Both the position numbers and the translations under genes were made by a program. A stretch of 61,386 nt of DNA, filler included. It is 15 parts of 15 records of this genome, joined end to end, with 100 filler letters (N's around TTAATTAATTAA, not from the genome) between each part and the next. Parts side by side here need not be neighbours in the genome. Positions count along the whole stretch, not along the records: positions 12,074 to 15,576 come from SRR15195285_13369; positions 15,677 to 20,450 come from SRR15195285_13385; positions 20,551 to 24,696 come from SRR15195285_13434; positions 24,797 to 28,680 come from SRR15195285_13436; 11 more parts are not named here. One strand, written 5' to 3'. Below the pieces are notes generated by a model. It did no database searches. It was given only the letters and a program-made list of their open reading frames with translations, and had not been told where the DNA came from. Shown here piece after piece: positions 13,626 through 25,821 of this stretch (positions are counted from its first letter, which is position 1; every line of letters begins with the position of its first letter).

Positions 13626-15139
13626 TCAGAGACGCGGCAGTGCTGCAGGCTGCTGCTGCCGCTGCTCTAACACAGTCGAGCCAAGGCTATTGCGCTGCTC
13701 GGTCAGCTTGCCAATCCACAGCTGCCGCACGTCTGCTTGCTCGCGCTCATTCAGGTGGTCGTAAGATCCAGACTCTGCATGAAATCATCAGCATGCGTGA
13801 GAGTACGGGACGTCGACTGAAAGAAGTGTCGTGCATACATGTGGCGCACCAATGAAATTGTTGAAGGAGGACATTTGGTCGTGTTTGGGAAGAATCCATT
13901 CGGGAGTGAAGGCGTGAAGGCACGCCGCACGCTCACGGTCGGCTGAAATGTTTAAGCCTGATCTGTGCCACGTGTTGGCGTTATCTGCGGGCAAGTCGTG
14001 ATGCGCACACGTGAGAAACCTACCGGGACTGGACTTCTGGGCACCAACAAAAAAAATCCAAACGCACACATAATGAGGCTGCCACCCGGGCATTCAATCT
14101 GGTCGACAACTTGTGGTGCGAACGGTGGGAAGTGCTCATTGTCGCTCGTGTTGAACGCAAGTGGTGGAGGGGTCCTCGTCTCATGGGATCCAATTATGAA
14201 GTTCGTCGAGTTCTCGACGGTGAAATCATCGATGCACACGTTGCACTGCGCACCGAGGACAACCTCTGGTGGAAACGGAGATTGCATGTCGTGCAGAGGG
14301 TAGTCTACGTGCCACCCTCCTCCTTGTGGCGACCCCTGAGCCGTTGGCCCGTTGACCAGAGCACCATCAGGCCCTACATCGAGTCCGAGTGGCTTCGTTA
14401 TCCCTACCGCCGGAGCGTGGGCGAGGCGAATTGCTGAAGTGCCAAGGTAGGTCGTCAGCATGTGCTGCATGACTGGGTGCGTGGCCATGCGGGCAAAATT
14501 GGGTGACGCGTTGATGCAGTTGACCAGATCTACCCGAGAAGCCGTCTCAGTCACCCCCGCGCGCCCACCATTGAGATGACTGTCGCCAGGCGCACCTGAG
14601 CCTTGGACTCGCATCAGCTCTGGGTTTGTACGCATCTGTCGAACATCATGGCGCAGCCTGCCGAGCAGCCGGTCACCCAGGAGGCCTGGACAGACCACGA
14701 ACCCTTCCGTCATTAGGCTGGACAGGTATTCAGATGGCAGGGAGCCAGGCCCTTCCAAAACTGCGACGTTCACACGCGTTGCCACGGCCCCCGCCCGCTC
14801 CCAGGAGTCTGGCAGCTCTACATGTACATGTAGCTCAGGAGGAATGACGAGCTCCCAAATCGGGTCCGAAAGTGGATCCTCATCGCCCTCAGTGGAGCCA
14901 ACGACGGCACCGAACAGCTCAACAGCACCGCTGTGGTGGACGAGGTGAGCTTTCCGCGCCCCTTCTGCAGGCCGGAGCAGCCAGCATGCGTCGTCGCCAC
15001 AGTGCGCGGTCGAATCGAGTCGCTGGGTGCTGGGGCTGCTGGCCGTGTCATCCACGGCGCGGCAGGTGAGAAACCGGCCGTCACTGAGCTGGAGCAGCGT
15101 GTACCGTTGCTCAGGTGGTGTGAAGGTGTGCGTCGGCAT
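13626..15139 (-). CDS. Phytanoyl-CoA dioxygenase (PhyH) family 2OG-Fe(II) oxygenase, PTS1-like C-terminus (PRL)
   Basis: GWHVDYP (HxD), IDDFTVEN, GSH and, after splicing, YNANTWHRSGLN..R. Two 3' introns with gtgcg donors give an end ..QQPAALPRL*. Confidence 0.85.
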
Positions 15140-15676
15140 ATTTCCCAGTATATTTGCAACAAGAGACCTCTCCCCCGCGCGCCAACGCCGCACTCGCGCA
15201 CTGCGCCCTTGCTGTTCTGCAGAGCGTACTGTAGCCCACAGCCTACGTAGGTCGACACTCTCGCGCGCCGCGGCGCCTCCACGCGCGCGCGCTCGTGAGT
15301 CTACCGCCGTAGCGCAAAAAGTATACTAAACATAGTAAAATACAATAGTGCTACTATGCCGCGCGCGCGTCTCTATCAGTATTTTGAGTTCTGGGCTCTG
15401 GGTACTGCAGCGGGGGAAGCTGAAAACTCGTAGGATCAATTTGGAGGAGTTAGATTGGAAGTATGTATATAGTATGAGAAAATCAAGCACACACGGGAAA
15501 CAAGTACGACTTGCTGCCGGAAGGTGTCGTGTACACATAAAGTATTATGTTTGTTTCTTCGAAACAGGGGTGATTGNNNNNNNNNNNNNNNNNNNNNNNN
15601 NNNNNNNNNNNNNNNNNNNNTTAATTAATTAANNNNNNNNNNNNNNNNNNNNNNNNNNNNNNNNNNNNNNNNNNNN

Positions 15677-18600
15677 GAACCGGAGCCGGAACCGGAGCCG
15701 GAGCCGCAGCAGCCGGCGCCAGAGGCCGAGCCCGATATTGGCTCTCCTGCTTCGTCACCGCGCCGGTGGATCTCGGATGAGCTGGCGCAGGCCACAGACG
15801 CCGTGTACGCAACAGTTCAGGAGCCGGATGAAATGGCTGGCCAACCGGACGCTGGCCGGAGCGAGTGGTGGGAGCGCGTCGCAGGTGTGGACGAGGAAGA
15901 CCTGCTCGAAATAGACGTGGAAAATGGTGCTGTGCAGGACCCTACTTCGTGGTGGCAACAGGCAACCGGGGTAATGAAACACAGGGAACAGTACGTGACG
16001 ATGCGAGGTTCTGTCCTAAGTGGCGACAACGGTGTGAACGATAAAGAGGTGGACACAGTCCGGCAGTTCAAGGAGGCACCAACGGTGCTCGACGCTCGCT
16101 GGTTAGGTGACACTTCTGGGCCCGAGAAAATGAAGCCTCCGCCGCTTCCACTGGCGGGTAAGAAATATTTGGGCCAGAAGCCACTCGTTGCCCCTAAGCC
16201 GGCAATTAGAGACGTGCCCGCAGCTGTGCAGGCGATCCTCTCCGGCACGTCTGGCCCAAACTTTGGATTTGCACATCCAGACCCTGCCAAGTTCCACGTC
16301 GACCCGTTCGACGTGATCGACGATGACGGTGACAAGAAAGAGGCATTTGCAGACTCGATTCTCGATCGATCGTGCTTTGTATTTAGCGAGGAAAGCATCA
16401 TTCGGAGGGTTGCCAGGGCAACTGCCGACAGCTTCATTTTTGAGATTAGTGTGCTATTGCTGATTGCGGGTAACTCTCTGACCTTGGCGATGTACGACCC
16501 TGTTGACCCAGACTCAGATTCAAACCAAATGCTCGAACAGGTCGGCACGGTTTTCACTGTGCTGTTTGCCGTTGAAATGTTCACGAAGATCATCGCGTTC
16601 GGTTTTGCGTTCGGTGATGAGGCGTACCTTGGAAAAAACGAAAACGCTGCCTGGAACAGAATCGACTTCGTCGTTGTGACGTCAGGATTGGTCGAGCTGG
16701 CTGGTGTTGGCCCGGATCTCGGCGTGCTACGTGTAATCCGTCTACTGCGGCCGCTACGAACAATTACAAGTATCCGGGGAATGAGAGTGTTGGTCGGCAC
16801 CCTCCTTCAGCCAGAGACCCTCGCTGGTATCGGCAACGTCTGCTTGCTTTGCATGTTCATCTTCATTGTCTGGGGGATTATCGGTGTCAACATGTTCGGT
16901 GGCCAAATTCGCTCTCACTGTGTGGATATGGTCACGTTCGAGATGGATGAGGACCAGATGTGCGGCGGTAGGTACACATGCCCAGCTGGCACTTACTGTT
17001 CGGCTGTCAATCCGTTAACAGGAGAGACCAATCCGAATCCAGAGAACGGAATGATATCTTTCGACGACTTCCCCATGTCTGTGCTCACCGTATTCACAAT
17101 GATGACCCTTGAAGGCTGGACTGATGTGATGTACATGGTACAAGATGGGTTCACTCCGTGGGCATGGATCTATTTTGTCATTCTCGTTTGCTTCGGAACG
17201 TTTATTGCAATCAACATGTTTTTGGCTGTCATTTCGGCTGGATACGAAAAGATGGCAGAAGAAGTCGATGAAGAACAGACCATGAGGGACAACGCAGAAT
17301 ATCTTCTGAAGTGCTTGTCAGAGGCAATCAATGACGCCTTAACTTGGGACCACACGCAAGACGAAAAACCAGCCGAAAAAAGCACTAACATTCACGAAGG
17401 CGACTACGTGCGGCTAAAAGAGTCAGCTCACATTAAATACCCTCAGCGAGGGCGCGGGAACTTGACTCAGCCAGGTGGCCCAACGCCGCACGGCAGGGTC
17501 CTGTATTTCGACCGTGACCCTGACCCTGCTAAAGCACCTGATGACCCTGCGAACGAAGTCCAGAATCGCACCGGGACGCTGAGAGTTCCACACCGCGTCC
17601 GCGTCACCACGGTGAACGTCGACCAGTGGAAACCTCCGAAGGGGGTCGAGGTTTCGAAACTCATTCAGGATCAGCAAGGGATAAAAGAAGACTTTTGGTA
17701 TCTGCTCGACGATATCGAGAGAACACACCAGACGAGGGAAGACAACGAACGCGACAGAAACCTGGAAGAGGCGCGCAAGCAAGAATATGAGCGCTACAAG
17801 CAGCAGCGAATCGAAAAATTCTTCGACTTTTTTGATGAAGACAAGTCTGACAGCATCAACCGAAAGGAATTCGTCCGCGGCCTCAGGAAGCTTGCGCAAG
17901 CCAACCCGCCAACAGATCCAAACCAGCCCATGACCGTCACGCAAAAACCAAAGAAGAAGCGTGTTGATCCCGGAGCGATTGTCATCAAAGACCAGCGGAT
18001 GCGGGCACTGCTTCACCTGATCACAGCCGACAACCTCAAGGGCAATGATCGGGAATGGCAGAAGGAGATGACGACATTGATGTTTGGCTTCATCGATGAT
18101 GACGACTCGGGGCAACTCACCATGACTGAATTTGAAACTCAGTTTCTAGACGAACGGAACTGGAAAAATACAGAAGTTGAGCCCGACCTGACCAGAGCAG
18201 ACCTTGACAACATTGAGGAGGGCACACCAATCTTTGACGTCGTCGCACTGCACTGCAAATACATTGTAACGCGCAAGTGGTTTCAGAATTTCATTGTCAT
18301 CGTTGTGCTCGTCAACTGTGTCGTGCTGGCAAACGCTGGATATGGAAAATCGCGTGAGACCGAGCAACTGCTGGAGGATCTGAACTTCTATTGCACACTG
18401 ATATTCATTTTTGAATTCTTCGCTATGTTGATGGGCCTCGGTCCTAGAGTCTACGTTCAAGACAACTTCAACTGCTTGGACGGTTTGATAGTAATCGCGA
18501 GCATCTTAGAGCTTTTCGTCTTTAAGACCCCTGAGGAAGGGTCTGATGAAAGTGGAGGTGGCATGATTTCGGTGTTCCGTGCGCTGCGTATCTTACGGGT

Positions 18601-20450
18601 TTTCAAGATCACCAAATCGATGGAAAACTTCAGGCGTGTGCTGCAAACGATTGCCTCGGTTGTACCAGAGATGAGCAATTTTTTCGCGCTGCTCTGTCTG
18701 TTCATTTTCTTTTTCTCAGTCATGGGGCTTCATCTGTTTGGAGGCACGTTCGAAATTTTCGCAGAGCAAGGCGACCCACGTCGTTCTACTTTCGACACAT
18801 TTGGTGATTCTGTCCTGTCGGTATTTCAAATTTTGACCGGTGAAAACTGGAACGCTCTGATGTACGATACGGTGGAAACCAACGGAAAAACTTCGATCGC
18901 ATACTTTGTTATCGTCAATATCTTGGGCGTCTACGTGATGCTGAACCTCTTCTTGGCGGTTCTGCTGCTGAAAACTACCGAGGCATTCATGCCACAAAAG
19001 GATCCTCGTGACGAGGTCTTGGCCCGGGCACGTGTTGCTCAGAAAAAGCTAGATATCGATGCCGAGGAGCCCATCTACAGATTGCAGGGAAAGACGTTCT
19101 TCGTGCTAGGCGCAAATCATCCACTGCGTCAGGGCCTGCTCCAGGTTCTGGGCAACACGTATTTTGAAAACACCATTTTGTTCGCCATATTTGTCAGCTC
19201 TGCAGCTCTCGCGGTTGAAGAGCCGAATCAGGCACAGGAGGTGCTGGATATTCTCGTATTGCTGGACTATATTTTCACTGCGCTGTTCATTTTCGAAATG
19301 GTCGCGAAAATCATTGTCGTTGGCTTGTACCTTGGTCCAGTTTACCAGGCTCACAAAGACCCGGACCTGATAGGTCCGTACTTTAAGGAAGGCTGGAATA
19401 TACTCGATGGGGCAGTCGTGTGCTGTTCTGTGATTGCCATCATATTGAGTGATTCGAACCTTGGCTGGGTCCGTGGGTTCCGAGTTTTCCGTGCTCTTCG
19501 GCCACTCCGTGTCATCAAGCGGGTGCCTGAGCTAAAAACTGTGGTGGAAAGCCTTTTCCGCTCGGCTCCAACCCTTGGCAATGTAATCCTTCTTCTCTCG
19601 ATGTTTTGGCTCATCTTTGGCATACTGGGTGTCCAACTTTTCGCCGGAAAATTCTACTACTGCAACGATGGCGATGTATATGGTTCGTATGATTGCGTTG
19701 GATCATTTGTGGACGCGGAGACAGGCGATCTTGTGTCTAGAGATTGGGACAAACCACTGGGCTGGGGCTTTGATAACATTGGCGAGGCAGTAATTACGCT
19801 GTTTGAGGTCTCCACCCTAGAAATGTGGCTTGACATCATGTATCTCGGCATCGATGCAGTAGGTATTGACAAGCAACCGCTGTTTGAGTACTCTCCCGCA
19901 ATGGCTGGGTTCTTCGTCACATTCATCGCACTAGGATCCTTCTTTCTGTTGGAGCTATTTGTAGGCGCGACGGTCACTTCCTACAACATGATCAACATCG
20001 AAGCAGAGGGCTCTGGTATGCAGTCCGAGCGGCAGAAACAGCAGGTTGCAAAAATGGTGCTAAAGGAGACCGAGGACGAGCCCGATATCAAGTACGACTG
20101 GCAGATGTCTCTGTACAAGCTGACGACTAACTCAATTTTTGAGAATCTGATTATGCTATGCATTGTGCTCAACATTGTGCTGATGGCACTGGGCCTGGCT
20201 CCTGCGGATATGTCTGATGAGTACGTCAACGTGCTGGCCTGGTTCAACGAGGCATTCACTTGGATTTTTGCCGGCGAGTTCGTTCTCAAGCTTGGCGCAC
20301 TGTTTCCTTCGCGGTACTTCCGAAACGGGTGGAATGTGTACGACTGGTTTGTAGTGACTGTCACGATGACGGAGCTGATCTACAAAAAGATTGACCCAAC
20401 GGGGGAAATTCCGGGCGCGTCCATCATGCGTGTCTTCCGTATTCTGCGGG
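15677..20450 (+). CDS. Four-domain voltage-gated Ca2+ (Cav/Nav-superfamily) channel alpha subunit with EF-hands in the I-II linker; partial at both ends
   Basis: Intronless open frame across the whole contig. S4 segments LRVIRLLRPLRTI, FRALRILRVFKI, VRGFRVFRALRPLRVIKR and MRVFRILR. Pore loops TLEGW, TGENW and TLEMW (E/E/E; domain IV pore missing). Confidence 0.95.
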
Positions 20451-20827
20451 NNNNNNNNNNNNNNNNNNNNNNNNNNNNNNNNNNNNNNNNNNNNTTAATT
20501 AATTAANNNNNNNNNNNNNNNNNNNNNNNNNNNNNNNNNNNNNNNNNNNNAGTGACCAACCCAGCTGAGTCTCCCCTTGGTCCAGGATCCTGGATCAGGG
20601 ATTGGAGACTTTCCCAGTCACGAGGCGGCACTGTACCAACGTAATCGGTAATGCCAGTTAGAACTCAGCTCACCGAGAAACTCACGCTGAGAGCCACGGG
20701 TGCATTCTACGGTTGGAATGTTTGCCCACCCGTGGCCCCTGTTTCGATAGAAACAAACATTCCAAACCAATTCAGTCAGCAGGCGCTGCTTGAGGAATTG
20801 TCCCACTCGCTCGCAACGACGCGACGA

Positions 20828-22305
20828 ATGGCGGTGCTGCTTGCGCTGGGATTAAGCGCGTTGCCATGCGTGACAGCCACCCCATCTACACGCTCTGACG
20901 GAGCCGCGCCGAAGCTTGTCGAGCAAACCCCGGCCGCCTGCCGTGATCGCTGGCTCGAGCCGTTCAGCTCGGATAGCATTTGGAACACCGCGATCGGGTC
21001 TGCCGCAGAGTTTCGCCCCGCGAACCTGTTCCACGCGGATGATCCTCGTGGCGTGCCGGACAACTGTGCGCCGACTGCGCTGCTGTCTTCGCCCCGGCTA
21101 AACATTGCAAATACTGACATCTAGGTTGAACGCCCTGTGCTGCCTGCTGCGCGAATGTGTGAAATGCAGTCCACAACGATCAGGACTTTCTGGTGAGGAC
21201 TAGTGTGCACGACCCGCAGACAGTCTGGATCAACCAAGGAGACTGGGGCGCGGATGACAAATGCGCCGTGCAAAACCACAGCAGGACTGGCTCTGCATGC
21301 AGCTCTAGCTCGCGGCAGCTAGATGGCTGCTTCTCCGAGATCCGACTACCGCGCGAGTGGACTACGGCCTCAGACTGCGCCGGCCGCCCAGACAGCAGCG
21401 GTTCGAATTGTCGCTCTGCAGCGAATCAGCCAAACAATAATGCTATGGCACTCTTGTTGCCAGATAACGAGACCCTCGTCCAGATGCAGCCTGTCTATCG
21501 TTGTGGATTCTATCCAGCCCCTTTGTTTGCCCGGTGGGGCAACAGCACCGACGGCGGCCCGCAGCAGTTTCCAAACACCACGAGCATCTTTGGTAATGGT
21601 ACCCTCGGCGCTCACGGAGGCTCTGGTCTCTCGAGCATTGGCGGTAGCATACGTTTGGGCGAGCTCCTGCCTGACGCATCCCCTATTCGCCATGCCCTGA
21701 AGATCGAACTCGCAAACTTTTGGTACTGGGGCGCGACACAGCTGAACCCTCCAACTGAGTACAACGGAGGGAGGACTCAGTACGTCTGGCCTGCGATAGG
21801 GAGCAACGCTGCGTATAACAGATCAGCTCAAGCGTCGAATGCCGGTTACACGGGCACCAATCGTTTCGTCGCCCCCGGCGCTCTGCTTGCGATTCCATCT
21901 GCTGGTGCGTCGGCAGTTCCCACTACCACGCTGATTGGTGAGAAGATCAAGCGTGCAATGGTTGACTACGGCGGCTACATTGTAGACGGCAGTGGAAAAG
22001 GGACCGGGAAGCATCCACACCACAATTTGGCGGCAATATGTATGGACGCAGAGGTAAATGCAGAGGTGCGCGAGCACTACAACCTCAGCATGGCGTACCC
22101 ACACGGTGTCGCCAACCCGAAGCTCAAAGGCAGCGACCAAGGTGAGTCAGCAGCTGCGCTGTACAATGATCTGCTGCACATCTTCCAGGCTCTGCATGTT
22201 GTGACAAACAATGCGCCGGAGAGCGTTGGAGGTGGTGGCCAGCCACGCGCACCGCGAAAGCCGGCTATATGCGGGGCTCCATCGCAGCCAGATGCAACAA
22301 AATAG
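20828..22305 (+). CDS. Secreted uncharacterised protein resembling a bacterial hypothetical family
   Basis: Signal peptide MAVLLALGLSALPCVTA. Intron 21066-21169 joins two ORFs. Conserved-looking blocks RDRWLEPFSSDSIWNTAIGS, GAHGGSGLSSIGGSIRLGEL, IRHALKIEL and DYGGYIVD. Confidence 0.75.
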
Positions 22306-22477
22306 CCGCCCATGGTGATCAAGAATCTCGTGGCGCGCGGATCCGAAAGCTAGGTTGCGACTGAATGGCGCTCAGAGGACTAGTCAGAGGACTAGAGCGA
22401 CTGAGTGGTCAACGCCAGCCCAAAGCACCATACAGTACATTAAAGCACCAATAGCCCACACAGTATCACAGCTTTCA

Positions 22478-24494
22478 TTAACAGCTCGGCTGCGCATGCA
22501 CTCGGGCCGCTGCGACTTTGCTCGCTGCGATGTCGAACTCGAAGTCGGCGCCCATCGCCGCCATCTCGACATCCCGACCACCGGACAGCGGCTCGAAGCT
22601 AAAGGAGTAGGGCCTGCGATGCCGTCGGCTCTTACGATCAGTGGACGATGCGCTGTCGCAAGACGTATCGCAACACTGCAAATTTGAGCGACTTACGTTT
22701 GACCTGTGAACACTTCGACAATCTGCTGGTCGACCACTACGCGGAACATAGCCTGTAGAGGAGCGCCATTGCCATTGCAACCGCTACTCCCCTCCACAGG
22801 AACAGTCACCTTTGTCCGCCCCGCGGTGATTAGCAGCGAGTGCATTGGGCGTGGACTACTACAGTTGCCAGTGAAGCTAACCATGAGCTCAATTGGCCCG
22901 TCCTTGCAGCACCACGACGACTCGTGCGTGCACCTGCAGTGCGTGCTGCTGTTGCCTGCGCGCAGCCGCACTACCGCACTACCGCCAGTGGCTTGTGCGT
23001 GTATCTGCGCGCCCGGCGTGCCACAGCAGCAGAGTCAATTGAGACGATTCAGCGTCTACATGAGCAAATGAATGAGGATGAGAAACGAACCGTGATGTTG
23101 ATGTCCATTGCGTCCGCAAAAGACGCTGCGCCGACAAGCTGCTTGCTCTCGCCCGCCGTCAGCTTTACACCACTCGCTTGCACAGCCGAGCCAGTGTGCC
23201 TGCTGGCGAGCGCTGCGACCGGGGCGAAGTTGAGGCTCATGTCACTCTCCGTGAGCGTTATCTGGCGTGGCAAGCTCTGTACCCCGCCACCAAGATTAGC
23301 CATTATGATCCGTTCAGCCCCTGGTCCCAGCACGCTTTGACTGGCATAGAAGTTGCCGTAATCTGCTGCCTGCAGTTGCTCCGAAGCAGGAACGAATCGG
23401 CCACGCTCGAGCTTGCCAATCAGATAGACGACTCCAGCATTGCGTGCAGGCCCCCCACCATTGCGGTCTGGCGTACTCCACATGAGCACCCACCAGGCAT
23501 CGCTTGTTGCCAAGCCGAAGTCCACGTTTGCAGCGGTGACCTTCGCCGCCCCTATGCCGATGGGGAATAGATCGCCGCACTCTGCTCGATTCATCGCTTT
23601 CGTATATGTATACAGCGCTCCAGCATACGACCACGTTGCGAAGTCGGCGCTGCGGTAAATCATGAAGGCCGGTAGCGAGGTCTTGGCTCGCGGGTCACCG
23701 ACGGACGTGCTCACCATGGCGTAGATAGAATCGCCTCCAGGGTCCGTCGTGTTGTGGAATGCAACCACGTTGCCGATCAGCCCAAAGGGTGGAGGGATGT
23801 GATTCCCGGGCGTACCAATCCATCCCTTCTCTCCCTCTGAATGATTCCCCTCGATCCCGTGCGATATCTGAGTCCAATTCGTTAGCCGAGGATCTTTGCT
23901 CGAGTCGGAAACGGCGGCGAAGTTATTGGTGGTCTCCCATCCAGTCGTTGTGTCGCCGTTCACCAGGCTGCCTACGTGCGTCTCGTTGATGCGGAGGGTG
24001 CAGCCGGTGCCTGCGCTAGAGTACATATCTAGCGACGGAGAGATTGCACAGGGTCCGAACGGGATGGGCATCGCCAAAAAGTCGCCAATGAGGTCCGAGC
24101 TCGTGGCATGCCCCCATCCGTCTGGAGAGTGTGGCTTGCAGGATGGGTGGTACGATGGAGCAGTGGCGGGCGAATACTGCGGCTGGATATGAAATCGCCT
24201 GGTCGGCTCGTCCCTGCGCAGCAGCCAATAGCAGTGTCACTGCTACTCATCACTTGCAACCAGCAATCGGGTAGCAGCAGGTGCTCGAGCTGGCGTCCTG
24301 AACAGCTCCTGTAGTACTCAGGATCTACGACCCGACAACTTGACAGTCACGTGACTTCGAGAAACGGAGGGACGCACGCACCAGTAGAGTTGCGGGTCGC
24401 CCATGCCGCCAGCAAGCAGACCGTTGCCGAGGCCGTAGTGAAAGGCTGGGGCTGCCACAGCAAGCTGGCTCATCGTGTGGGCAAACAGCATCAT
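22478..24494 (-). CDS. Divergent glycoside hydrolase family 32 (beta-fructofuranosidase-like beta-propeller + beta-sandwich)
   Basis: Spliced N-terminus ..PAFHYG..MGDPQLYW/DEPTRRFHIQPQY..WGHATSSDLI, then AECGDLFP, DYGNFYASQS, QSLPRQITL and RVVVDQQIVEVF. At least 3 introns; 3' exon boundaries are approximate. Confidence 0.8.
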
Positions 24495-24796
24495 GCGTTA
24501 CGTTGCCACGGTGCGTACGCACCGCCCACGCCGGACGAGCGCAACGAGTCCGTCACGGCACGGCGTCCGTCCCCGCGCCGGCCGACCAGCAGCACCAGTC
24601 GCCGGTTGGTTCACCGCACAGACCCGCCCTCCAGAGGGCGCGCGCGCCCCAGCCAGCAACGACCCGGGTGTGCAGCACGCGAATCCGGCCCACATGNNNN
24701 NNNNNNNNNNNNNNNNNNNNNNNNNNNNNNNNNNNNNNNNTTAATTAATTAANNNNNNNNNNNNNNNNNNNNNNNNNNNNNNNNNNNNNNNNNNNN

Positions 24797-25649
24797 GGGG
24801 CGGTCGAGTGCCAAGGGTTGCACCGAGACAGTGCGCCGCCTGATATGGGCCTAGAGATTGGCGGAGAGTCGTTTCAACGCCGAAGTTCCCATGCGCGCAG
24901 CATGGGCATGTCGAACTACATTGAAGCGTTGCTTAAGGACCTCCGCGATGGGGACGAGCACACGCAAGGCGCTGATATGAGCCTCTACACGATGCGTGCA
25001 CTCTCCGAAATGATGCATCCGTCTGGTACAATCAACTTCTTGCTGACTGATTCCACATGGGAAAACGGTCCGATCCGCACTATCCTGGGCTCCCACTGCA
25101 ACGTACAGCAGCCGCCGAAGACCGACGAAGAGCCGGAGTGGATGCGACTGTCGACCCTGGTCGGTGCACCTGGTAGGTCACACACGTACCCACTTTATGT
25201 CCGTCTAGTCGCGTGGATTGACATGCTGCTGTTGCCTGTGATGTCTAGCTGGTAGTGCAATTTTTCGAGACCATCGTGTCTGGCACTCCGGTACACCCAA
25301 TCTCTCTGAGGAAGTCCGAGCAATGCCGAATATTGAGTGGGCAGCGGCATGGACAGCCGGTTCACATATTCAGAAGGTTATGCCGCACCACATTTGGGAG
25401 CAACTGTCGGATAAGGGCAAGCACAACAATCGCTTCGTTCATGTTGAGCCAGGGCTGTGGCCGCGTGGTGCTGGGGTGATGCATCCGCTTGCCACCGGGC
25501 GTCTTGCTGCGTTCGAAGCCATGGGTGGCTTGTCTGCGGCCATGGAAGATGCAGGCATGGGTGCAACCGTCGGCCGGCCTCTCGAACGAACGGATCGTAA
25601 GCCTGCTGGTGCACTCACCAAAGAACGTGATCGGCGATCCAAATTGTAG
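24797..25649 (+). CDS. PhyH-family dioxygenase, 5'-partial, peroxisomal (SKL)
   Basis: GAVECQGLHRD (HxD), GSH and, after intron 25173-25248, AGSAIFRDHRVWHSGTPN..R. Ends RRSKL*. Confidence 0.88.
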
Positions 25650-25821
25650 ATGGAGATCGTCAACCGCAGCGCACTGTCAATCTTGTTGATATAATGTAGC
25701 GCCGATCGCCGCTCGAGCACGCTCCATGGAGGATTCGAAAGGAGACTTTCTGGCGGGTTGCGACGCAAAATGTATGAAAATGCTATTGGAATCCGACTAA
25801 TCAATTTTGCATTAACTGTTG

